This document shows, one piece after another, positions 1 to 7,207 of a stretch of 13,886 nt of DNA (position 1 is its first letter; each line of letters starts with the position of its first letter). This stretch comes from Oligoflexia bacterium (GTDB taxonomy: Bacteria; Bdellovibrionota; UBA1018), in assembly GCA_043732485.1 (NCBI GenBank), contig JAYTHP010000106.1, positions 1 through 13,886 on the forward strand, in the 5' to 3' direction. The notes below the pieces were generated by a model that ran no database searches, was not told the DNA's origin, and saw nothing but the letters and a program-made list of their open reading frames with translations. Position numbers and translations under genes: made by a program.

Positions 1-1
1 T

Positions 2-1693
2 GGCGGCGATCGACAGCAGAGCCTGCAGCAGGCGTTGATCCTAGAGGGCCCAGTGGCGCAGGATCAGTTGGCCGCAGCTGAAGTGTTAGCCAAGCTCAAG
101 GTTTTTTTAGAGGATCCACAATTTAAAAAAATTGGCCAAAACCTGAAATACGATTGGAGCGTGCTGCAGGCGCACGGCATTCATCCCCAAGGCTTGCTGG
201 CTGACACGATGGTGGCCAGTTACGTGCTTGATGCCAGTGGTCGCCATAATCTTGCGGTGTTGGCTGAGAAATACCTCCAGTATGATGTCTTGACCTATGA
301 AAAGGTCTGCGGGCGTGGCAAAGCGCAAGTCAGTTTCGCTACGATCCCTTTGCCGCTTGCCACGCGCTATGCGGCTGAGGATGCCTGGGTGGCTTTTCGC
401 TTGTGGCAGGATATAGAGCCAAAATTGCAGGCTTGCGGGCTGATGGCGCTTTTTCAAACTGTCGATCTGCCGCTGGTGGATGTTTTGGCGCGAATGGAAG
501 CGCAAGGCATTAGCGTTGACGTGGCTTGGATGGCAGAGTTATCGCGCGAGTTTGCCCAAGACTTAGCGGCACTGGAGGCGCAAGTGGTGGAGCTGGTCGG
601 TGAGGGCGTGAATTTGAACTCGCCTAAGCAGTTGCAGGTCCTCCTCTTTGAGAAGCTGAAGTTGCCGCCGCAGGGTAAAACGAAAACGGGGTTCTCAACC
701 GATGCGGATGTTTTAGAGAAACTGGCGCCTTTACATCCCGTGCCACGGCTTCTGCTTGAGTACCGAGAGATTGCCAAACTCAAGGGGACCTACATTGATC
801 CCATCCCGCTGCTCATGGATCCGGTTTCCCACAAGGTGCACGCTAGTTTTCATCAAACCGGGACGATTACCGGTCGGTTATCGAGTTCTGAGCCGAACTT
901 ACAAAATATCCCCATTCGCTCGCAGCGCGGGATGAAAATCAGGCGCGCTTTTATTCCCTCACCCGGTTGTCTCTGGGTGGACGCCGATTACTCACAAATC
1001 GAGTTGCGCTTGCTGGCGCATCTCAGTCAAGATCAAGAGTTGTTGAAGGCTTTTTGGGCGGATGAGGACGTGCATGCTCGCACGGCAAGTGACATTTTTG
1101 CGGTCAAGTTGGCGAGCGTGAGTGAGGAGCAGCGCAGTGTGGCAAAGGCGGTGAATTTCGGGCTGATGTACGGGAAAACCGCTTACGGCTTGTCCCAGGA
1201 GCTCAGTTTGAGTCGCGCCGACGCCCAAGGTGTGATTGATCGTTATTTTGAGCGCTATAGTGGGGTGAAAGCCTATTTAGAGGGGCAAGTGCGTTTGGCG
1301 CGCGCCCAAGGTTTCGTCCAGACGGTGATGGGGCGTAAGCGTCCTTTGCCGGAGATCAGCTCCTCGCATGCCGCTTTAAGGTCGCACGCTGAGCGGATGG
1401 CGATGAATTCCCCGATTCAAGGCTCAGCAGCCGATTTGATGAAAATGGCGATGATTGCCTTGGATGAAACCCTCAGGCGAGAAAAACTGCAGGCCAAGCT
1501 GATTCTCCAAATTCATGACGAAGTGCTGATCGATTGTCCGCTCGCCGAGCAAGTGCAAGTAGAAAAGTCAGTGACGCAGGCGATGGAAGGCGCCATGAAG
1601 TTATCGGTGCCGCTGAAGGTGAATGTCAGTTTTGGCAGTAATTGGATGGATTTGAAAGACTCTCAGCCCGTGCAAGCGTCAGCGGAGCGGTAG
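2..1693 (+). CDS. polA: DNA polymerase I, 5'-truncated by the window edge (3'-5' exonuclease and polymerase domains)
   Basis: The frame is open from base 2, so the TTG at 35 is probably internal. Motifs seen: ExoII GQNLKYD, ExoIII YAAEDA, TGRLSSSEPNLQNIP, motif A DYSQIELRLLAH, motif B KAVNFGLMYG, motif C QIHDE. Stop TAG at 1691-1693. Confidence 0.98.
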   Translation, partial: GGDRQQSLQQALILEGPVAQDQLAAAEVLAKLKVFLEDPQFKKIGQNLKYDWSVLQAHGIHPQGLLADTMVASYVLDASGRHNLAVLAEKYLQYDVLTYEKVCGRGKAQVSFATIPLPLATRYAAEDAWVAFRLWQDIEPKLQACGLMALFQTVDLPLVDVLARMEAQGISVDVAWMAELSREFAQDLAALEAQVVELVGEGVNLNSPKQLQVLLFEKLKLPPQGKTKTGFSTDADVLEKLAPLHPVPRLLLEYREIAKLKGTYIDPIPLLMDPVSHKVHASFHQTGTITGRLSSSEPNLQNIPIRSQRGMKIRRAFIPSPGCLWVDADYSQIELRLLAHLSQDQELLKAFWADEDVHARTASDIFAVKLASVSEEQRSVAKAVNFGLMYGKTAYGLSQELSLSRADAQGVIDRYFERYSGVKAYLEGQVRLARAQGFVQTVMGRKRPLPEISSSHAALRSHAERMAMNSPIQGSAADLMKMAMIALDETLRREKLQAKLILQIHDEVLIDCPLAEQVQVEKSVTQAMEGAMKLSVPLKVNVSFGSNWMDLKDSQPVQASAER

Positions 1694-1719
1694 TCCCAAG
1701 TAGGGTGTGCGGGTTTTTT
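1667..1719 (+). terminator. Possible weak intrinsic terminator after polA
   Basis: cccgtgca (1667-1674) can pair with tgtgcggg (1706-1713) using G-U pairs, followed by a T run. The loop is long, so the call is weak. Confidence 0.2.
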
Positions 1720-1798
1720 GACGCTTTATTTTTCTCCCACTTGCTCGTTCTCATCCACCGTGACCCATGCTAGCATAGAAGGGGGGGGTGTGAAATTG

Positions 1799-3313
1799 AT
1801 GATTCTGCTGAGATGGCCACGTTTATTTTTTTCCCATTTTTTCTGGAGCTGCCTTTTTTCTTTCCTGCTGGTTGGTGCGCCCTGGAGTGTGCTGTGCTGG
1901 GGGGGGGGGGAGCACCTGGTGAGCAGCGACGAGCAAACGCACGGGCCCGAGGTAGCAAGTCCGCAACTCACCGTGCCTGCTGACGCAGCGTCCGCCCTCT
2001 CGTTGGGTGGGCTACCGGCTGAGGCCTTGGGGATGATCAGACTTTTTTTGAGCGAACGCGAGCAGATGCGTTTGTTTTTGTGTGGTGACCGGGAGTTGAA
2101 TCGTGCTTTTGCCGATTCCACGCACCTTTTGAGTCGCCGAAGGCTCAGAAACGATCCGCCTGAAGCGGTGCCAGGCTTTACCGTGCATCAGTTGATCCTG
2201 GCAAAGGGCTCCTATCTCTACAGCGCGGTCAATTTGCGACTGGAAACTGCAGCCCAGTGGTCGCGGTTCGTGCGCTTGATGGAAGAGCCTGATGCGGCGG
2301 CTTTTAAGGCGCTAAAAATTGTGCAACCACCCACAGCGCAGTACCCAGCCACCTCGGATTACAGCCAGTTAGGTCACTTGTCTCAATTCTCTTTGCTTGA
2401 TGTCAGTTACAACCGCATCCACACGCTTGCTGCCCTCAAACGGCTAGTGGCGGCGCTCGTTCACCCGCACAATCGCGTCGAGACCCTGAATCTGAGCGGG
2501 AACGTTCTGGGCTGGCCTGGAGCTGGGCACGAGCTTGCGCAGGTCTTGCGCTCGCCCCATAATCATTTGCGGGTGTTCGATGTGAGTTTTAATCAGCTGG
2601 GAGAGCAAGGCGTGGCAGATTTGGCGGCCAGCTTTTTTGGCCAACCCTATAACCGTCTCAGTGAGCTTGATTTGAGCGGCAATGGGATCGATGGTGCCGG
2701 GGCTGAGAAGCTAGCCGTAGGGCTGAGTCACGGCGAAAGTAGCCTGTCGGCTTTGGTTTTGAGTAACAATGGGCTTGGGGATCGGGGGGCGCAGGCCATG
2801 GCAAGTGCGCTCCGTCACGGCTCTACCAAGCTAGCGTCGCTTGATTTAAGTGGGAATCAAATTGCTGAGCCAGGCGCTAAGGCTTTAGCAGCGGCATTGT
2901 CAGCGCCCGTGTCAGCGACGACGGCAGGGGGGCAACGCTCAGGGTTTAATCTCAATCTTGATGAAAACGAGGTGGGAGATGAGGGCGCTAAGTCCTTTGC
3001 CGTCGCACTGGAGAGCGCGAATCAGCGGATTGAGCATTTGGGTTTGTGTAGCAATGATCTCAGCGATGAGGGGGCTCAGCGCTTAGCGGCCGCGCTCGGC
3101 AACCCCCATTGCCAATTGCGCACCTTAGGGCTGCGTTACAATCAGATCAGCGATCAGGGGGCTGCTGCTTTAGCCGTTGCGCTCACCAGCGAGCATCAGC
3201 GTCAACATCCGCTCTACTTAAAAGAGTTAGATCTGACAGGCAATGAGATCGGGGAAGAGGTGCGCGACCTATTGCAAGTGGCTGCAGGAACGCGCTGTCA
3301 TGTCATTTTTTAG
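1799..3313 (+). CDS. Eukaryote-like F-box-like plus RI/NLR-type leucine-rich repeat protein with a signal-peptide-like N-terminus (candidate secreted effector)
   Basis: ORF 1718-3313. The start is probably ATG 1799 (or GTG 1790/TTG 1796) after a purine-rich AAGGGGGGGG at 1779-1788. About 10 repeats, mostly 29-30 aa, of the form LxxLxLSxNxIGxxGAxxLAxAL from nt 2387. F-box-like LGGLPAEALGMIRLFLS at nt 2003 onward. Hydrophobic N-terminus. Confidence 0.9.
   Translation: MILLRWPRLFFSHFFWSCLFSFLLVGAPWSVLCWGGGEHLVSSDEQTHGPEVASPQLTVPADAASALSLGGLPAEALGMIRLFLSEREQMRLFLCGDRELNRAFADSTHLLSRRRLRNDPPEAVPGFTVHQLILAKGSYLYSAVNLRLETAAQWSRFVRLMEEPDAAAFKALKIVQPPTAQYPATSDYSQLGHLSQFSLLDVSYNRIHTLAALKRLVAALVHPHNRVETLNLSGNVLGWPGAGHELAQVLRSPHNHLRVFDVSFNQLGEQGVADLAASFFGQPYNRLSELDLSGNGIDGAGAEKLAVGLSHGESSLSALVLSNNGLGDRGAQAMASALRHGSTKLASLDLSGNQIAEPGAKALAAALSAPVSATTAGGQRSGFNLNLDENEVGDEGAKSFAVALESANQRIEHLGLCSNDLSDEGAQRLAAALGNPHCQLRTLGLRYNQISDQGAAALAVALTSEHQRQHPLYLKELDLTGNEIGEEVRDLLQVAAGTRCHVIF
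1899..1910 (+). repeat. G12 homopolymer inside the 5' coding region of the LRR gene
   Basis: ctGGGGGGGGGGGGagc: 12 consecutive G encoding part of W-G-G-G-E. Confidence 0.95.
2387..3290 (+). repeat. Protein-level LRR array (about 10 units), degenerate at DNA level
   Basis: Repeat cores FSLLDVSYN, VETLNLSGN, LRVFDVSFN, LSELDLSGN, LSALVLSNN, LASLDLSGN, FNLNLDEN, IEHLGLCSN, LRTLGLRYN, LKELDLTGN. Confidence 0.93.
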
Positions 3314-3483
3314 GTCTGATCGGTGATGCCAAAGCCTTTGCATGACCTCGTTTGTTTGCGCAGATGCCTTCCAACGATGACTTTCTCTGAAGCGAGAAGG
3401 TGAATTTTTGCAAGCCTCCGCGCTCAGTTGAGCAGAGCACCCTGCCAGAGCTCTCTCCTCCCGAGAACCAGCAAACGTGGTGC

Positions 3484-4026
3484 TTACGACGGCTCCAGCA
3501 TCTTGATCGGAGGGTGTCCCATTTTCTTCAGCATCTGGGTACGAAAGCGCAACCAGGGAGCAAAGGCCACTTGCATGACTTGTTCGCGTGCGGTCAGCGG
3601 CATGGTCGCGTTGGGGTGGAGCGGAGCCAGCAGGTTGTTGGCCCAGGTTTGTGCGGCCTGAACGGTTAAATCCACCAGGCGTTGCTGGTGATGAGGCGTG
3701 GTGGAGAGGGTGGCTTTGAGCGGCAAGGGGCTTTCAATCAAGGCGCGGTAAAAGGGGTAACACCACAAGTGAAACTCAAGGGTGGGCGGCAGGTGCAAGA
3801 CTTGAATCGCCCCTGGAATCGCGGAAAATCCCTGCGAAACGACCTTGGGCTTAAAGCTAAACCACTTGAGATCCACCTTGGCCTCTTCGAGCGAAAAAAC
3901 CGGTTGCAGGTCTCCGCTTTCCTCTAAAATCACCAGGAAGGCCGGCGAACCGAGCAATGCCGCTAGTCGGGTCAGCGTTTTGGCCTGAGTTTCCAGTAAA
4001 GTAATAATGTATTGTTCTAAAGTCAT
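3484..4026 (-). CDS. Hypothetical protein (about 180 aa), last gene of the minus-strand cluster
   Basis: ATG at 4026 overlaps the upstream TGA (4025-4023) as ATGA, a classic translational-coupling arrangement. Composition looks globular. No family recognised. Confidence 0.7.
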   Translation of the reverse strand: MTLEQYIITLLETQAKTLTRLAALLGSPAFLVILEESGDLQPVFSLEEAKVDLKWFSFKPKVVSQGFSAIPGAIQVLHLPPTLEFHLWCYPFYRALIESPLPLKATLSTTPHHQQRLVDLTVQAAQTWANNLLAPLHPNATMPLTAREQVMQVAFAPWLRFRTQMLKKMGHPPIKMLEPS

Positions 4027-4523
4027 GGTCGGTGGCACACGAGCTGGCTGGGAGCGTCGCAGTCGTTGGGGGCATCAGTCTTTGCAAGCTCTCCTAGGGG
4101 GTTTAATTCAGGCTGAGCAGACTTGCGGTTTTCCGGCTTGGCTTTAATAATGGCGGTAAATTGCAACCGGGAGGCTTGACGAAACTTAGGCGCAAGCGGA
4201 CGAGGGGTCGTTGGAGATTTGGCCGCGATCTTTTCCAAGCCTTGAGGCGGGATTGAATGCGCTGGCAAAGACCCTTTGCGGGTGAGCGTTAGCGCAGGCT
4301 TGGTTGCATCGACGGTGTGAGTGTCATCAGCTGCTACCCCCGCCGCCAACGCCTCGTGTGCAGTGGGTTTTGACTCACTGGCTTGCAGGTGGGCAGCCGT
4401 CAGGGGTTGCAGGCTTGAGAGCAGCTCTAAGGCGTAAAGCGCGTTTTGTTGTGATTCCGGCACAAACGGCTCTAAACTCTGTGTGGTGGCAAGTAAATTG
4501 TGAGCTTTTAAGTAAGAATCCAT
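4023..4523 (-). CDS. Hypothetical protein (166 aa), Ala/Pro/Thr/Ser-rich and probably largely disordered
   Basis: The ATG overlaps the end of the upstream gene by 16 nt and the stop overlaps the downstream ATG, filling the gap in an operon-like way. No family recognised. Confidence 0.6.
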   Translation of the reverse strand: MDSYLKAHNLLATTQSLEPFVPESQQNALYALELLSSLQPLTAAHLQASESKPTAHEALAAGVAADDTHTVDATKPALTLTRKGSLPAHSIPPQGLEKIAAKSPTTPRPLAPKFRQASRLQFTAIIKAKPENRKSAQPELNPLGELAKTDAPNDCDAPSQLVCHRP

Positions 4524-5011
4524 ACTGGTACCCCGTTGAAGTGTTTTTTCTCAAGCCGTTCGTCTGCCGTCCAACCAAAATCAGTGCGCGAGATTCCCAG
4601 TTTGACTAAACCTAAGGTTTTCAGATTCTGGCGCAAGAGCGGCAGTTGTTTTAAGGCCACCGGGGGACGCGCGCCCGGCAAGCCATTATCGCCAAGACCC
4701 ACTAATAAAAAATGCACCAGGCTGGTGGGATGGTGGAGTCGTTTCAGCGGGAAATAGGTGCACTGACCTAAGGCCCCTGAAAGGGTTTTTTTTTGCAAGG
4801 CGAGCGAAAAAAGCCCCTTAAAGGCCCAGTCTAATCTCCCTAGCAACCCCCGCGGCGGCGTCTCGTTCTCGTAAAGACCCACAATCAGCCCTTCTAGCTC
4901 GGACTCAAATAAAGCCCTAAGCGGATCTTGCGGGAGTGCTGGATCCGCTTGGGGTAGGGAAGTGGCGGAAGTTTCATGAGCAGCGGCAGAAGGTGGATCA
5001 GATCGGGTCAT
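4508..5011 (-). CDS. Stand-alone M17 (leucyl aminopeptidase) N-terminal-domain-like protein without a catalytic domain
   Basis: GLYENETPPRGLLGRLDWAFKGLFS...LSGALGQCTYFP...FLLVGLG resembles, from recall, the small M17-N-terminal-like proteins of Myxococcota/Bdellovibrionota. Overlaps nusB by 14 nt. Confidence 0.6.
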   Translation of the reverse strand: MTRSDPPSAAAHETSATSLPQADPALPQDPLRALFESELEGLIVGLYENETPPRGLLGRLDWAFKGLFSLALQKKTLSGALGQCTYFPLKRLHHPTSLVHFLLVGLGDNGLPGARPPVALKQLPLLRQNLKTLGLVKLGISRTDFGWTADERLEKKHFNGVPVWILT

Positions 5012-5444
5012 TCTTTAATTGTGCACTTAAGCTGTCTAAAATTCCATTGATAAAAGCAGGGGTCTCAGCGGTGCCAAATTCTTTAGCTAATCCAATAGCT
5101 TCACTAATAATGATAGCAGGCGGTAGGACTGGGGCGTCGAGCATCTCGAAGGCCGCAAGCCGTAAAATACTGCGATCAATCGAGCTTAAGCGAGAAACTC
5201 GCCAATTTCTGGTGTGCGGCCCTAGCCTCAGGTCCAGCGCTTCAAACATCCGTAGGGTCCCGAGCACTAAGTGCTGGGCAAACTCCTGCAGGTCGGTTGC
5301 CACTTGAAAGTGCTCAAAATGCTGCTGCAGGTCGCGCACACTCAGCGCACTCTTTTGCGCTTCTTTGGGCTCACCTTGGACTTTGAGATCCCAAAGGTAA
5401 AGGATTTGCAGGGCAATGGCTCGCGATTGATGACGAAAATTCAC
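4998..5444 (-). CDS. nusB: Transcription antitermination factor NusB
   Basis: RHQSRAIALQILY, NWRVSRLSSIDRSILRLAAFEM, IISEAIGLAKEFG, FINGILD. GTG start. Confidence 0.96.
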   Translation of the reverse strand: MNFRHQSRAIALQILYLWDLKVQGEPKEAQKSALSVRDLQQHFEHFQVATDLQEFAQHLVLGTLRMFEALDLRLGPHTRNWRVSRLSSIDRSILRLAAFEMLDAPVLPPAIIISEAIGLAKEFGTAETPAFINGILDSLSAQLKNDPI

Positions 5445-5457
5445 AGTCTGACTACTC

Positions 5458-6744
5458 TTAGCTGAGTGGGAAACTTTTGCATAGCTCTATTACCGCTTCT
5501 CGAATGTTTGCCAGCGTTTTTGCATCCCCGCGCGAGCGCAGCGCCTGGTCAATCCACTGCGCAATCAGCTGCATCTCAGCCGCCCGAAAGCCCCGCGTGG
5601 TCACAGCCGGCGTGCCCAGCCGAATGCCGCTGGTGACAAAAAAACTGCGCTTTTCTCCTGGCACCGCGTTCTTGTTCACCGTAATCCCGGCTTGATCCAG
5701 CCATAAATCCGCTTGCTTACCTGAGATGTCGCCGTCAGCAAAGCCGGTTAAATCGATGAGCAGCAGATGGTTTTCCGTGCCACCGGTCACAAGCGTAAAG
5801 CCCTTTTCCAACAGCTTCGTTGCCAAGATTTGGGCGTTGCTTAACACTGCTTTTTGATAAGTGGTAAACTCCGGCTTGAGCGCCTCCCCAAAAGCCACCG
5901 CTTTCCCGGCAATCACGTGCATCAGCGGTCCACCTTGTAGGCCCGGAAAAATCATGGAATTGATTTTTTTCAAGTCAGCCTCACCACATAAAATGAGACC
6001 CCCGCGCGGACCCCGCAAGGTCTTATGGGTGGTGGAAGTCACAAAATTGGCATGCGGTAGCGGTGAGGGATGCAGGCCTACGGCAATTAAGCCTGCAATG
6101 TGCGCCACATCAGCCAGCAGAGGAATGCCAAACTCCTTGGCGATCGCTCCAAAGCTGGCAAAATCAATCAGGCGCGGATAGGCGCTGGCCCCTGCCACCA
6201 GCAGCTGCGGGCGATCCCGCCTGACTTGCTCCCTGATTTGGTCAAAATCTAAGCGATGGGTCTCCGGGTGCAGGTGATAGCTCAAAGGCCGGTAGAGTCG
6301 GCCACTAAAATTAACCGCACTCCCGTGCGTGAGATGCCCACCCGCGGCTAAGCTCATCCCTAAAAGAGCATCGCCGGGCTTAAGGACCAGCGAATAGACT
6401 GCCATGTTAGCGCCCGAGCCCGAGTGCGGCTGCACGTTGGCAGATTCACTGCCAAACAACTGGCAGGCGCGGGCAATCGCCAAGTTCTCGACTTGATCGA
6501 CAAACTCACAGCCGCCATAATAGCGTTTCCCGGGGTAGCCCTCGGCGTACTTGTTGGTTAAAAAAGAGCCCTGGGCCGCACGCACCGCGGGGCTGGCGTA
6601 ATTTTCTGAGGCAATCAGCTCAATGCCGTCTTGCTGCCTGCAGGTTTCAGCTTCCAGCATCTGGGCCAGTTCCGGATCATGGCTCAAGGGATTCTGACTC
6701 AGAAGATCATTTTTAAAGTTCTGAGGATCGTTTTTAAGGTGCAT
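5458..6744 (-). CDS. glyA: Serine hydroxymethyltransferase
   Basis: [32 protein letters not shown]-lysine motif [21 protein letters not shown]. Start moved to ATG 6744, which has GGAGG (6755-6751) 6 nt upstream. Confidence 0.98.
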   Translation of the reverse strand: MHLKNDPQNFKNDLLSQNPLSHDPELAQMLEAETCRQQDGIELIASENYASPAVRAAQGSFLTNKYAEGYPGKRYYGGCEFVDQVENLAIARACQLFGSESANVQPHSGSGANMAVYSLVLKPGDALLGMSLAAGGHLTHGSAVNFSGRLYRPLSYHLHPETHRLDFDQIREQVRRDRPQLLVAGASAYPRLIDFASFGAIAKEFGIPLLADVAHIAGLIAVGLHPSPLPHANFVTSTTHKTLRGPRGGLILCGEADLKKINSMIFPGLQGGPLMHVIAGKAVAFGEALKPEFTTYQKAVLSNAQILATKLLEKGFTLVTGGTENHLLLIDLTGFADGDISGKQADLWLDQAGITVNKNAVPGEKRSFFVTSGIRLGTPAVTTRGFRAAEMQLIAQWIDQALRSRGDAKTLANIREAVIELCKSFPLS

Positions 6745-7207
6745 GAGGGACCTCCCATTGTCTGAGTTGCTCAATTCGTCGCTGGTGCCGGGCCTCGGTG
6801 CTGGGTTGCGCCCGCAAAAAAGCCCGCACTATTTCCAGAGCGTAGGCGGGCGCCGTGATTCGTGCCCCTAAACAAAGAATCTGCGCCTGATTGTGTGACA
6901 CAGCAAGCTCGGCAATCCAAGGGTGATGAGCTGCCACCGCCCGCACCCCTGGCACCTTGTTAGCAGCAATGCACATCCCCACACCCGAGCCACAAATCAG
7001 AATCCCTCTGGCATGGTTTTGTGAGGTGAGCCATTTTGCCAAATCCAGCGCAATCAAGGGGTAATCCGACGACGGAGCAGGCAGTGTCACCCACGGTAAC
7101 TCCGGCAGGGCGATCAAAAGCGCCTGTTTTAAATCTTCCCCGGCGTGATCAGCCGCAATGGCTAACAACCCTGCAGCGGCAGCGGCAGGAAGAGTGTCGC
7201 TGCTCAC
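6734..7207 (-). CDS. rpiB: Ribose-5-phosphate isomerase B (RpiB/LacA/LacB family)
   Basis: [33 protein letters not shown]...LCLGAR, RHQRRI. The GTG start overlaps the fabF stop as GTGA. Confidence 0.95.
   Translation of the reverse strand: MSSDTLPAAAAAGLLAIAADHAGEDLKQALLIALPELPWVTLPAPSSDYPLIALDLAKWLTSQNHARGILICGSGVGMCIAANKVPGVRAVAAHHPWIAELAVSHNQAQILCLGARITAPAYALEIVRAFLRAQPSTEARHQRRIEQLRQWEVPHAP

Noticed and set aside
35..37. TTG as the polA start (552-aa Klenow-like protein)
   Set aside because: The frame is open to the window edge and the ExoI motif and 5'-3' exonuclease domain are not in view, so the gene most likely begins upstream.
1838..1897. Lipoprotein lipobox in the LRR protein leader (FWSC or SVLC)
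   Set aside because: Neither matches [LVI][ASTVI][GAS]C.
2387..3290. LRR array as a CRISPR array or DNA tandem repeat
   Set aside because: The periodicity is at the protein level only. There are no identical DNA repeats with unique spacers and no cas genes.
5001..5018. NusB ends in LKNDPI while GlyA begins HLKNDPQ
   Set aside because: The codons differ and the match is only five residues, so it is most likely coincidence.
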